From: an uncultured virus (IMG/VR IMGVR_UViG_3300018050_000923)
Lineage: Duplodnaviria > Heunggongvirae > Uroviricota > Caudoviricetes
DNA: 64,000 bases
IMG/VR virus record: IMGVR_UViG_3300018050_000923
Reading direction: 5' to 3' (one strand)
Shown here: positions 1-9,207 of the stretch, piece after piece
Numbering within the stretch: position 1 is the first letter of the stretch
Layout: every line of letters starts with the position of its first letter
The notes under the pieces: model-generated
The model's input: the letters and a program-made list of their open reading frames with translations, nothing else
Told to the model about the DNA's origin: nothing
Database searches by the model: none
Program-made: the position numbers and the translations under genes

Positions 1-1
1 T

Positions 2-709
2 GGTGCAGATGCACTTTGGAATTACACAGGAGAATACAATGGCGGAGCATCATATGCCGTTGGAGATATAGCAACATATGACGGACAACTTTGGTATCGT
101 ATTGGTGCTAATGGCGGAAATGTTGGAGATACTCCTTCCCCAGGATTTTGGAATTTACTTGCAGCAAAAGGCGAACCTGGCATAAATGGTCCTCAAGGAG
201 AGCAGGGTCCTCAAGGAGAACCTGGCCCACAAGGAGAGCCTGGATCAATTACAAATTTAAAGTTCGGATCATTCTACGATACAACAACCCAAACTGGAGG
301 ATCAATAAGACCATTTGAACTAAATTCAACAGATGTAAGTAATGGAGTTTCTATTGTAGATGGTTCACATATTACAATGACAACACTTGGAATTTATAAT
401 ATTGCATTCTCTGCACAATTACAGAAAACAGGTGGATCCTCTGCAGATATTTATATTTGGTTAAGACATAATGGAGTAGATGTTCCAAATACTGCAACAA
501 TAGTTCATATGGCAAACAATAATACATTTAGTGTTGCTGCATGGAACTTCTTTGTTGATTGCAATACACTTCCACAAGATTTTCAGTTAATGTGGTATAC
601 GGAATCTATAAACGTTTCTATTGGAGCGATTAGTGATGCTGTTACTCCAGTTGGAGTTCCTTCTATACCGTCAATTATTTTGACAGTAAATAAAGTCGGA
701 GATCTATAG
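2..709 (+). CDS. Collagen-repeat fibre protein, 5' truncated
   Basis: Frame open from base 2 (GADALWNYTGEY..YAVGDIATYDGQLW..KGEPGINGPQGEQGPQGEPGPQGEPG) and continuous with ORF 377..709; Gly-X-Y repeats. Confidence 0.75.
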   Translation, partial: GADALWNYTGEYNGGASYAVGDIATYDGQLWYRIGANGGNVGDTPSPGFWNLLAAKGEPGINGPQGEQGPQGEPGPQGEPGSITNLKFGSFYDTTTQTGGSIRPFELNSTDVSNGVSIVDGSHITMTTLGIYNIAFSAQLQKTGGSSADIYIWLRHNGVDVPNTATIVHMANNNTFSVAAWNFFVDCNTLPQDFQLMWYTESINVSIGAISDAVTPVGVPSIPSIILTVNKVGDL

Positions 710-718
710 GAATAATCC

Positions 719-1438
719 ATGGCAGTCTCAAAATCCATGGACTTTCCATCAAGCAAAAAATCAAGTTATGCTGCACAAGTTGTAGAAACTCAAACTACTA
801 ACACTGATGTTTTAATTAACTATGTTCCAGTACCTGGACCTATGGGGCCACAAGGGTTACAGGGTGTACCTGGGCCTCAGGGACCTGCAGGAAAAGACGG
901 CATTGCAGGCCCTAAAGGCGAAAGAGGTATACCTGGTAAAGATGGGCTAAGTTCTTTGTCTGCATCTGGACAGCAATCTGGATGGGGTTCATATTTTAAT
1001 CAAAATAGAAAAGAAATAAGATTAGGTGCAAACCAGGGAGACGATGGGTGGGTAAGTGTTTGGGTAGATTCTAAAGGCGGGAATACAAATGAAAAATATT
1101 TACCAGAAGGTTCAGCAAGCCTATGGAATGAAAACTCCAGACAGTTAAACTTTAAAGGTTTAAAAATAGGCTCCCAAATATTCGTAACATACAACTTTGA
1201 ACTTACTACCTACAGTAATAATACAGAGGTTTGGATTAGAACATTTTTTCCTAAATCTACCACTGAAATTTCACAGTTTGTTGCATCATTAAAATATCAG
1301 TATGTCTATAATATGTATGTAACTCAACATTTTTTTATTGAAGATAACGCTATGTGGAGTTCTGGAGCAGTTCCACAAATTAGAACAGACTATGACTCAT
1401 CAGTACTAATGAATTCAATATACGTATCTGTGATATAA
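719..1438 (+). CDS. Collagen-repeat virion protein
   Basis: GPMGPQGLQGVPGPQGPAGKDG.. Gly-X-Y run followed by a beta-rich C-terminal domain; AGGA RBS. Confidence 0.7.
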   Translation: MAVSKSMDFPSSKKSSYAAQVVETQTTNTDVLINYVPVPGPMGPQGLQGVPGPQGPAGKDGIAGPKGERGIPGKDGLSSLSASGQQSGWGSYFNQNRKEIRLGANQGDDGWVSVWVDSKGGNTNEKYLPEGSASLWNENSRQLNFKGLKIGSQIFVTYNFELTTYSNNTEVWIRTFFPKSTTEISQFVASLKYQYVYNMYVTQHFFIEDNAMWSSGAVPQIRTDYDSSVLMNSIYVSVI

Positions 1439-1439
1439 T
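1431..1439 (+). promoter_or_regulatory. Extended -10 promoter overlapping stop codon
   Basis: TGATATAAT. Confidence 0.55.
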
Positions 1440-1454
1440 TTACGAGGAGGAACT

Positions 1455-2321
1455 ATGGCATTTCCAGGAACATACAATATTAATTACTACAAGGGAGACA
1501 CCCTTAAGTTTAGGATAATCCCAAAAGATGCAAACGGAGATGCTTTTCCGTTGGGTCCATACAGTAACAATACAGTTACCTTTGCTTTTGCAGAATCACG
1601 TGGTGGACCAAGCGAACCTGGATATCATAGATGTTACGCAACAGTCTCATCTACTGGCGGATATATAGAGTGCAGTATTAGACCAGAAGATTCTTCATAT
1701 TTAGATCCAACAAAAACATATGTTTACGATGTTCAAATAACAAAGGCTGGAGAAAATTTTCCCGAAATTACAACCGTACTAACGGGCAATATCACAGTAC
1801 AAGATCAAGTTTCATCTTCGTCTGGAGTTTCTGCAACAACATATGGCGTTACATATATTGCAGGAACAGATGTATTTGGAGATACTCCCAAAGATGATAA
1901 TCGATATGCAAAAAATGATAATTTAATAATTTTAAATAAAGGCTTGTTATATAAAAATGGATATTCATTTATTGGTTGGACAAAAACAAACGATGGAACT
2001 GGTGCAATTTATAATCCAGGAGATTACTATGCAGTTGGAACATCAGACATAAACTTTTATTCAAAATGGGAAGCAGATTCACATACCGTCACATTTAATG
2101 CTAACGGAGGATCTTCTGTTTCACCTGGAAGTTTCTTAACAGATGAAACTATTTTTAATAGTTTGAATACAGAAATTACAGTTGACCCAACAACTACAAG
2201 AAGTGGTTACACATTTAGCGGATGGTATACAACAGACGAACTTCTAGAACAAGTTGTATGGCCATACTCACCAGGAGGGTCATCTGATATTACTCTATAT
2301 GCTAAGTGGGTAGAAATTTAA
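1455..2321 (+). CDS. Virion protein: BppU-like N-terminal beta-sandwich plus two Listeria/Bacteroides (InlB B)-type repeats
   Basis: YKGDT..YVYDVQIT..LTGNITV; repeats GYSFIGW..FYSKW and VTFNANGG..PTTTRSGYTFSGWY..ITLYAKW; GAGGAGG RBS. Confidence 0.65.
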   Translation: MAFPGTYNINYYKGDTLKFRIIPKDANGDAFPLGPYSNNTVTFAFAESRGGPSEPGYHRCYATVSSTGGYIECSIRPEDSSYLDPTKTYVYDVQITKAGENFPEITTVLTGNITVQDQVSSSSGVSATTYGVTYIAGTDVFGDTPKDDNRYAKNDNLIILNKGLLYKNGYSFIGWTKTNDGTGAIYNPGDYYAVGTSDINFYSKWEADSHTVTFNANGGSSVSPGSFLTDETIFNSLNTEITVDPTTTRSGYTFSGWYTTDELLEQVVWPYSPGGSSDITLYAKWVEI

Positions 2322-2917
2322 TGGTAGACGCAGTATTATTTACAGATGAGTTAGCAGTATTTAGTGGTCCAGATCAAGTTGAAGTTCAATTAGATTATGG
2401 TCCTAATGGTGATAGAGGATCTTTAATTTTTGTTGCAAACGGTCAACCAGATGAAATAGACTGGGAAAATGAAATAGGCCAAGACCCTAAATTATTTGAT
2501 CTTTTTATTAATTTAGATAGTCAAGATGTAGAAAATGAATACTTAATGATTTATCAATATAGAGAAGCGTTAGGAACGGTTCAATGGCAACCACTTACAA
2601 AATTAATTCCAAACACATACTCTTCAAATGTAAGTATTGGATTTCCATCAGTTAATTATTGCTATATAAATACATCTCAGATAGTCGATCCCTCATATGT
2701 AGGATCTACAGACGCATCTAATTTTAGTGTTCAGGTTACATTTTCAACTTCAGCAGGCTATCCTATAGTAAGTTCTATTAAAACAGAAAAGATAGACGCA
2801 ACGATAACAGAGCCAGAAAGACTTAAAATAACATTCTATGCAAAGGAATTTGATGGCACCTCATGGGTAGACGTAAGTGAGCCAAGAATGGCTAATTTAC
2901 ATATTTCGGTGGTATAA
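2321..2917 (+). CDS. Hypothetical structural protein
   Basis: ORF; ATG at 2321 overlaps the upstream stop (TAATG). Confidence 0.55.
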   Translation: MVDAVLFTDELAVFSGPDQVEVQLDYGPNGDRGSLIFVANGQPDEIDWENEIGQDPKLFDLFINLDSQDVENEYLMIYQYREALGTVQWQPLTKLIPNTYSSNVSIGFPSVNYCYINTSQIVDPSYVGSTDASNFSVQVTFSTSAGYPIVSSIKTEKIDATITEPERLKITFYAKEFDGTSWVDVSEPRMANLHISVV

Positions 2918-2918
2918 T
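2910..2918 (+). promoter_or_regulatory. Extended -10 promoter overlapping stop codon
   Basis: TGGTATAAT. Confidence 0.55.
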
Positions 2919-2934
2919 CAAAGGGGTGATTTAA

Positions 2935-3588
2935 GTGGCAGTAGAAGATATCGGTGGTTTATATAATACAAAGCAGCCAGGTTATGATGACACGGCGGAC
3001 ATTCAGGCAGCCCTTAAAGCATTTCTTTATGGCGATTATGCTTATGATATTACTAGAACAGATACAAATTTTCCAAACCCATCTTTAGCAAGACATATTC
3101 AACTTTTAAGTGATAGAGTTACAGATCAAGAAGAATTAGGTATAGGTTCTGACTATTACCCTACAATAACAGAAACTAGCCAAATACTAACATCAATAAC
3201 TTCTCCCGTAGATGGACAAATCGCTATGGTAAATCTAACAAACGGTTCACCAGTTGAAACTAATTATGCATCTGCCACATATTCAAATGAAGCACCCACT
3301 ATGGACCTTGTAAATGGCATGTTGTGGATTGATAAAGATTCAGAAGCAAAAGATATTTATGTTTATGATCTATCAATAACTACCTGGGTTCCTTTTAATA
3401 GTCTTAAAAATATTGTTCAGGCAAAAGGTGATATACTTATTGGCAGTTCTGCAAGTAACATAGACAATTTGTCCATTGGGGCAAATGGAACTGTATTAAC
3501 TGCAGATGATACTCAGCCACTTGGTGTTATATGGCAGCAAGTAGACACTGAGTCAATTATAATTTCATCCGTAATGGGTGCGTATTAG
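2935..3588 (+). CDS. Tail fibre-associated protein
   Basis: GMLWID and AKGDILIG..LSIGANGTVLTAD motifs typical of phage fibre repeats; GTG start. Confidence 0.55.
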   Translation: MAVEDIGGLYNTKQPGYDDTADIQAALKAFLYGDYAYDITRTDTNFPNPSLARHIQLLSDRVTDQEELGIGSDYYPTITETSQILTSITSPVDGQIAMVNLTNGSPVETNYASATYSNEAPTMDLVNGMLWIDKDSEAKDIYVYDLSITTWVPFNSLKNIVQAKGDILIGSSASNIDNLSIGANGTVLTADDTQPLGVIWQQVDTESIIISSVMGAY

Positions 3589-3596
3589 GAGGAAAT

Positions 3597-3896
3597 ATGG
3601 CTACTACAGCAAAATTAATGTATCGTGGAAGCGCAGCACTAAGTAACACTACACTTTATACAGTAGGTTCTGGGAAAACTGCAGTTGTTACTGATATCTG
3701 TGTAACAAATACAGATTCTGTTTCTACTACCTTTACGCTTAACCTTAATGGTACTGCTTTAATTTCTGGAGCAACTCTTGCAGCAAATAGTATTGCTACT
3801 TTTGAATTAAAGCAAGTTTTAGAAGCAGCAGATACAATCTCTGGTTCAGCATCTGCGACTACTGTTAAATTTCACATAAGTGGAGTTGAGATTTAA
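3597..3896 (+). CDS. Small beta-sandwich virion protein
   Basis: TTLYTV..VLEAADTI..FHISGVEI; AGGAGG RBS. Confidence 0.55.
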   Translation: MATTAKLMYRGSAALSNTTLYTVGSGKTAVVTDICVTNTDSVSTTFTLNLNGTALISGATLAANSIATFELKQVLEAADTISGSASATTVKFHISGVEI

Positions 3897-4384
3897 TGAG
3901 TTATTCTGTATTTCCAGCACCAGCAGCAGGTAGTAAGACCATGTACCGCAGAACTCTTATCTCTGGTACTTCTTACACAGTTCCTGCTGGAGTTACTTAT
4001 TTAAACGTCACACTTTACGGTGGCGGTGGCGGTGGCGGTGGAGGCAATGGTGCTTCCAATGGAACAAGTTCAGTAGGTCACGGTGGACAGGTTGTTTCAT
4101 CAACTCTTTCAGTAACCCCTGGATCAACAATTACTTATGCAATTGGTGCGGGTGGCTCAGGCGGTGGTTCTTCTGGTCAAAATGGTTCTAGTGGAGGCAC
4201 AACAACGTTTACTGGTGCTACATCTGCTGCTGGTGGAAATGGCGGTACAGGTAACACTGGAACTGGAACTGTTGGCACTAATTATCAAGGCGCAAATAAT
4301 GGTGGTGGTCACACTTCATCTGCTCAGGGCGCCTTTGGTAAAGACGGTGGCTCAGGTAAAATTGATATTGAGTATTGGGTATAG
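3896..4384 (+). CDS. Glycine-rich fibre domain protein
   Basis: YTVPAGVT..GGGGGGGGG..VTPGSTITYAIGAGG..GGSGKIDIEY pattern. Confidence 0.7.
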   Translation: MSYSVFPAPAAGSKTMYRRTLISGTSYTVPAGVTYLNVTLYGGGGGGGGGNGASNGTSSVGHGGQVVSSTLSVTPGSTITYAIGAGGSGGGSSGQNGSSGGTTTFTGATSAAGGNGGTGNTGTGTVGTNYQGANNGGGHTSSAQGAFGKDGGSGKIDIEYWV

Positions 4385-4393
4385 GAGATAATT

Positions 4394-4579
4394 ATGGAAA
4401 AATTATTTGCAGTTATTGAAAACAATAAAGTGGTTAACATTATTGTTGGCGTAGAAGATGAAGTAGTTGCTGCCAACCCTGGCAAGTATATTGAATACAC
4501 AAATGGTTGGGACTATAATAATGGAATAGATGGCGGAGTATTTTTCCAATTGCTAGAAAATTTGGAGGAAAATAATTAA
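4394..4579 (+). CDS. Small protein, possible fibre-assembly chaperone
   Basis: FAVIENNKVVNIIV start typical of genes following Gly-rich fibres; AGGAG RBS. Confidence 0.5.
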   Translation: MEKLFAVIENNKVVNIIVGVEDEVVAANPGKYIEYTNGWDYNNGIDGGVFFQLLENLEENN

Positions 4580-5205
4580 TGTCAACAGAAGTTAGCACAT
4601 CTAGTAAAGTAGTATATATGTATGATCAAGAAACCGATCTATGGTATTCTGTTGCTGGAGTTGCTAACGAAGGACATTCTTATAATTGGACTGCCCCTCA
4701 TACTTTTGGATCTGTAGTAACTGTAAATGATGTTATTCGTGCAAAAGGTGGAGTAAATAGATTTCAAAATCCTACTTCTAGGAATACAGTAATTACATCT
4801 CCAGTAAAAGGTACTGTTTGTTTTGTTGAACAAACTGATGGCGGTACCGATATAAACCAAGTTCAAATTTATAATGGTACATCATGGGTAGGAATGTTAG
4901 ATACTGCTACATTAAATAGTAAATCTACAGACTATACACTAGTATTAGGCGATGCTGGAAAAACATTATTAATTGATTCTACTATTGATAGAACTGTAAC
5001 AGTTCCAACTAATGCTTCTGTACCGTTTGCAATTGGGCAAAGGCTAGACATTGTAAGAATGAATACTGGCAATGTAACTATAGGCGGTACGCCAACAATT
5101 CTTAGTAAAAATTCTAACAAGAAAATTGCTGCGAGGTATTCTGGAGCAACTCTTATCAAAACTGATACAGATACCTGGGTACTTATTGGCGATTTGACAG
5201 CGTAG
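4579..5205 (+). CDS. Fibre/adaptor protein with C-terminal 'GDL' domain
   Basis: YTLVLGDAGK..TVTVPTNASVPFAIGQRLDI..YSGATLIK..WVLIGDL. Confidence 0.65.
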   Translation: MSTEVSTSSKVVYMYDQETDLWYSVAGVANEGHSYNWTAPHTFGSVVTVNDVIRAKGGVNRFQNPTSRNTVITSPVKGTVCFVEQTDGGTDINQVQIYNGTSWVGMLDTATLNSKSTDYTLVLGDAGKTLLIDSTIDRTVTVPTNASVPFAIGQRLDIVRMNTGNVTIGGTPTILSKNSNKKIAARYSGATLIKTDTDTWVLIGDLTA

Positions 5206-5212
5206 GTGCTCA

Positions 5213-6685
5213 ATGCTTGGATGGATAGGCAAATGGGCAAACTCCAAAGGTATGGGAAAGATCCCAAACCTTGAAGGCTTATCTAGAGCAGATGCAAGAA
5301 ATACAATTATAAATGCTGGATTTAATTTAGGAAATGAAACAGCAACTGGAAACGGTGCAAACTCTTCTAATAATGGAAAAGCAAAGGGAAGATCAGATAC
5401 TAATCAATTATTAAATTATGAATCACAAATAGATTTTGAATATTATGATCATGTAACTCCACCCGTCACTCCACCTGTTACTCCACCAGTCACCCCACCT
5501 GTGACCCCACCTGTCACTCCACCAGTCACCCCACCTGTGACCCCACCTGTGACTCCACCAGTCACCCCACCTGTTACCCCACCTGTTACACCACCTGTTA
5601 CACCACCTGTGACACCACCAGTGACTCCAGTAACAACATACTATTACGGATGGTGTGATCAAGGAACATTAGAACCTGTAATAGAGTCAACAATATATGG
5701 ACCTTGTTCTTCAATTCTTGCTGGATGGGAAAATTCTTATGGCTATCCTCCAATAGGATGGGCCTGTGGAACAACTCCAGCAGAAGGTATTCCAGATTGT
5801 ACTCTAGCACCTGTTACTCCACCTGTTACTCCACCTGTGACCCCACCTGTAACTCCACCTGTAACACCAGTATCAACAACTGTTTATTATAGTTATTGTG
5901 ATCAGGGAACCAATTATTTAGTAGGTCCATATTCTCATACTGCAACTGGAACAGTAGCATCAATATGTAATGATCTTTATAATAATTTTGATTACACTAA
6001 TGGATATCCTCCAGTTGGATGGGCTTGCGGTGCAACACAACAGGCAGGAACTGCTTCATGCACAACAGCACCTGTAACTCCACCAGTAACCCCACCAGTA
6101 ACCCCACCAGTAACCCCACCTGTGACCCCACCTTCATATAGCAACTACTATGGATTCTGCTCTACAACAAATTCACCACAAGGACCATTTGGACCATATA
6201 ATCAATCATGTTCTGATTTGGCAAATGGTGTAGAAAATGCATATGGGTATCTTCCAAGTGGATGGGTTTGCGGACCTTCTTCTGCAGCAGGAACACCTTC
6301 TTGTACTGTAGCGCCAGTCACCCCACCAGTAACCCCACCAGTAACCCCACCAGTTACTCCACCTGTGACTCCACCTGTGACTCCACCTGTGACTCCACCT
6401 GTGACTCCACCTGTGACTCCACCTGTGACTCCACCAGTCACCCCACCTGTGACTCCACCTGTGACTCCACCAGTAACCCCACCAGTAACCCCACCTGTGA
6501 CCCCATCAAGTAGCCAAACTTATTACTGGTGTTGCTGTGGAAATCTTGGAGGATGTCAATCATATACATTTAGTAGTGCATCAGAGGCTGCTGCAACAGC
6601 AAATGCTGTTTGTGAGGGAGGATATGGATCTGGATTATGCGGAGGACCAAGTACAAGTCCATCATCAGGATGCGGATGTCTGTAA
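5213..6685 (+). CDS. PASTA-like domain + (VTPP)n + Cys-rich module protein
   Basis: IPNLEGLSRADARNTIINAGFNLG (PASTA-like); about 38 VTPP units in 4 blocks; 3 homologous 4-Cys modules; 8-Cys tail. Confidence 0.8.
   Translation: MLGWIGKWANSKGMGKIPNLEGLSRADARNTIINAGFNLGNETATGNGANSSNNGKAKGRSDTNQLLNYESQIDFEYYDHVTPPVTPPVTPPVTPPVTPPVTPPVTPPVTPPVTPPVTPPVTPPVTPPVTPPVTPPVTPVTTYYYGWCDQGTLEPVIESTIYGPCSSILAGWENSYGYPPIGWACGTTPAEGIPDCTLAPVTPPVTPPVTPPVTPPVTPVSTTVYYSYCDQGTNYLVGPYSHTATGTVASICNDLYNNFDYTNGYPPVGWACGATQQAGTASCTTAPVTPPVTPPVTPPVTPPVTPPSYSNYYGFCSTTNSPQGPFGPYNQSCSDLANGVENAYGYLPSGWVCGPSSAAGTPSCTVAPVTPPVTPPVTPPVTPPVTPPVTPPVTPPVTPPVTPPVTPPVTPPVTPPVTPPVTPPVTPPVTPSSSQTYYWCCCGNLGGCQSYTFSSASEAAATANAVCEGGYGSGLCGGPSTSPSSGCGCL
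5453..6505 (+). repeat. 12-bp coding tandem repeat GTN ACN CCA CCN in four blocks (14, 4, 5, 15 full units)
   Basis: Blocks begin at 5453, 5813, 6074, 6317; variation only at third codon positions. Confidence 0.9.
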
Positions 6686-6693
6686 TAACCAAC

Positions 6694-6722
6694 TTGCAAA
6701 ATTTTTACTTTAATGATAGAAT
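6694..6722 (+). promoter_or_regulatory. Sigma70-type promoter for the enzyme cluster
   Basis: TTGCAA-17 bp-TAGAAT with TG extension; ATG at 6732. Confidence 0.65.
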
Positions 6723-6731
6723 GGAACTACT

Positions 6732-7079
6732 ATGTTAACGGATAACGATATATTATTTAATGATAACGATGAGTCGCAATTATTAGAAAAATTAAGTGTA
6801 GGTGATGAATATCACGTTCCTGGAACAATTGTTTGCATTTATGATAATGATGGAAATATTGAGGCTGCTAAACAGTTTTCTACGCATTCTTGGTTTATAG
6901 AAATATTACAAAATTCATCTAAAATAGAATGCGTAAATGATGATTGTTCAATTATTAAGTTTATTGACATTAATGATAATGAAATAAATCAGTTAACAAC
7001 TACATCACAACTTGGGTCAATGCTTGCAAGCAATCCAAAGTTACATTTTGGTCATTCTATAAGAACTAAGAAAGAATAA
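6732..7079 (+). CDS. Hypothetical protein
   Basis: ORF directly after the promoter. Confidence 0.55.
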   Translation: MLTDNDILFNDNDESQLLEKLSVGDEYHVPGTIVCIYDNDGNIEAAKQFSTHSWFIEILQNSSKIECVNDDCSIIKFIDINDNEINQLTTTSQLGSMLASNPKLHFGHSIRTKKE

Positions 7080-7081
7080 AA

Positions 7082-7312
7082 ATGACAACTCCGTGGGAGA
7101 GATATAAGCAAAATTTAGGATCAACAAGGCCTTGGGATTTATTAAATCCTCAAGCACCAAGAACAACAGATGAGGTCGCATACTCTAGATATAATATATG
7201 CTTGTTGTGTCCAGAACTAATTAATGCTACAAAGCAATGCAAGAAGTGTGGATGTTTCATGAACCTTAAAGTAAAATTAGAAGGGGCTACATGCCCATTA
7301 GGAAGGTGGTAA
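7082..7312 (+). CDS. Small Cys-rich metal-binding protein (DUF6171-like by recollection)
   Basis: CLLC..CKKCGC..CPLGRW. Confidence 0.6.
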   Translation: MTTPWERYKQNLGSTRPWDLLNPQAPRTTDEVAYSRYNICLLCPELINATKQCKKCGCFMNLKVKLEGATCPLGRW

Positions 7313-7314
7313 AT

Positions 7315-7881
7315 ATGAAAGAATTAGCGCCAGGAATAGTTGTTTTTGATAATATATTTCCAAACTCAATGGAGTATATAAAAAAAATAAATGAAGAAGA
7401 AATGTCTTGGCAGGCAGCAGAAGTTCTTGTTAGTCAAGATGAAAATAAATCAGGAACTAATTATAAGGCAAGAGATACAGATTTAATTATGCTGCCACAT
7501 CATATGAATAACGCTACTGGAACATTAGCAGATTTTGCTAAAGAATTTCATAAGGAGTTAAAACCATGTTTAGATCAATATTTAAGTTTTTATGCAGCAA
7601 AAATAGAAAAGTTTGAACACCCACAATTATTACGTTATGGTAAAGAACAAAAGTTTCATGATCACATTGACGATCATCCATTTTTTACAAGAAGAATATC
7701 TTTAACATATTATTTAAATGATCAATATGAGGGCGGGGATGTAGAGTTTAAGCGTTTTGGATTAAGGTTTAAAGCACAAAAAAATCAATTACTTATATTT
7801 CCATCTAACTTTGTATATAATCATGAAGTACATCCAGTTACAGATGGCTTAAGGTACGTGGTTGTTCAATGGATGGCATAA
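7315..7881 (+). CDS. 2OG-Fe(II) oxygenase, prolyl 4-hydroxylase-like
   Basis: LLRY..FHDHIDD..RISLTYYLND.YEGG..F..LIFPSNF.YNHEVHPV..GLRY: HxD..H triad and 2OG-binding Arg. Confidence 0.85.
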   Translation: MKELAPGIVVFDNIFPNSMEYIKKINEEEMSWQAAEVLVSQDENKSGTNYKARDTDLIMLPHHMNNATGTLADFAKEFHKELKPCLDQYLSFYAAKIEKFEHPQLLRYGKEQKFHDHIDDHPFFTRRISLTYYLNDQYEGGDVEFKRFGLRFKAQKNQLLIFPSNFVYNHEVHPVTDGLRYVVVQWMA

Positions 7882-8654
7882 AGAAATCTATTGTCTACTC
7901 TTTATACTTTGAAAATAATCCAATAACTCATCATAATTATTTACAATTAAAAAAATCTATAGAATCAATAAGAAAATTTTCTAATATAGATATTTTTATA
8001 TATTTATCTTCAGACTATGACTTAAAAGAAAATTTTATAAAAACAAATAACATAAATATTATAAAGTTTGATAATAATTTAGTGTTTAAAAAATGGAGCG
8101 ATAAAATACCAAACCACCCATGGAATGTTTGGCTTCATCATAGATGGATTAATATATTTAATTTTTTAACAAATAATGAATATGATAAGATTTTATATTT
8201 AGATACTGATACAATATTTTATAAGAGTCCAGAAGAACTTTTTAATAAATATAATAAAGATATATGTTATTTTAAAAAAGAGTTTAATGATAATGTTGTA
8301 CAAGATTTTATAAAAAAAATATCAATATATCCAGGCATAAATGATGGTCAAATGATTATAAGTAAAAATTCAATAATAAAACTATATGATTCATTTGAAA
8401 ATCAATGGACTAAAGAGATCAGTAACATTACAGATCTAGTTTATAATGATTTAACTAAAGATAATGATCATATATTTTTTTGGAATGTTTCACAATATGC
8501 AGCGCTTTCTTGTATTATAAAAAATAATATACAATATGAATATTTTGATGATAAAGATATTGCACTTGGCATAGACTTTGATCGCATGGACAAAAAAGAA
8601 ATATTTTTGCATCATTATTTTTCTGGAAATATGAGGAAATATATAAATGAATAA
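7869..8654 (+). CDS. GT-A fold glycosyltransferase (GT8-like)
   Basis: LKKSIESIRK..YDKILYLDTDTIF (DxD)..INDG..Q..HHYF; very AT-rich. Confidence 0.7.
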   Translation: MDGIKKSIVYSLYFENNPITHHNYLQLKKSIESIRKFSNIDIFIYLSSDYDLKENFIKTNNINIIKFDNNLVFKKWSDKIPNHPWNVWLHHRWINIFNFLTNNEYDKILYLDTDTIFYKSPEELFNKYNKDICYFKKEFNDNVVQDFIKKISIYPGINDGQMIISKNSIIKLYDSFENQWTKEISNITDLVYNDLTKDNDHIFFWNVSQYAALSCIIKNNIQYEYFDDKDIALGIDFDRMDKKEIFLHHYFSGNMRKYINE

Positions 8655-9207
8655 AGAATATGGAATAATAAAGAATGTTTTAAACACTAAAGACTTTTTA
8701 AATATTTCAAATTATTTTTTAAATAATGAAAAATTAAAAAATATTGGGACGGATGAGTTTGGTAGAAAGTTATTAGGTGATCAGTCTGAACCAATATTGA
8801 AAGAATTTAGCGATATCTTACTTCCCAAGGTTAGAGAGTTTTTTGGAAGCGAAACATTAAAATCTTCATATAATTTATTTGCAGAATATTCAGCAGACAC
8901 AATTAGTCTTCATAAGCATAAAGATGCAAATGCCTGTACGTATACCCTAGACTTAACGCTATATCAAAAAGAACCTTGGGGTATTTTTATCAATGAACAA
9001 GAGTTTTTGGCAAATCCAAATGATGCTGTAATGTTCATGGGTGAAAAATACGAACATTGGAGAGAAACAAAGTATAACAATTATGATAAAATTGGTGTAG
9101 TGTTTTTTCACTACGTTGAGCCAGATCATTGGTATTTTACAGAGGGTCCAGGGTATGTTGAAAAAATAAGAGAACAAATGAGGAGTAATAATGTCATCAA
9201 TAACTAG
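8647..9207 (+). CDS. 2OG-Fe(II) oxygenase-like protein
   Basis: LHKHKDANACTY..GEKYEHWRE..VFFHYV: HxD..H. Confidence 0.65.
   Translation: MNKEYGIIKNVLNTKDFLNISNYFLNNEKLKNIGTDEFGRKLLGDQSEPILKEFSDILLPKVREFFGSETLKSSYNLFAEYSADTISLHKHKDANACTYTLDLTLYQKEPWGIFINEQEFLANPNDAVMFMGEKYEHWRETKYNNYDKIGVVFFHYVEPDHWYFTEGPGYVEKIREQMRSNNVINN

Noticed and set aside
5423..6513. Alternative-frame repeat ORFs (HRWG, TGGV, STCD)
   Set aside because: By-products of the VTPP repeat; third-position variation favours the VTPP frame
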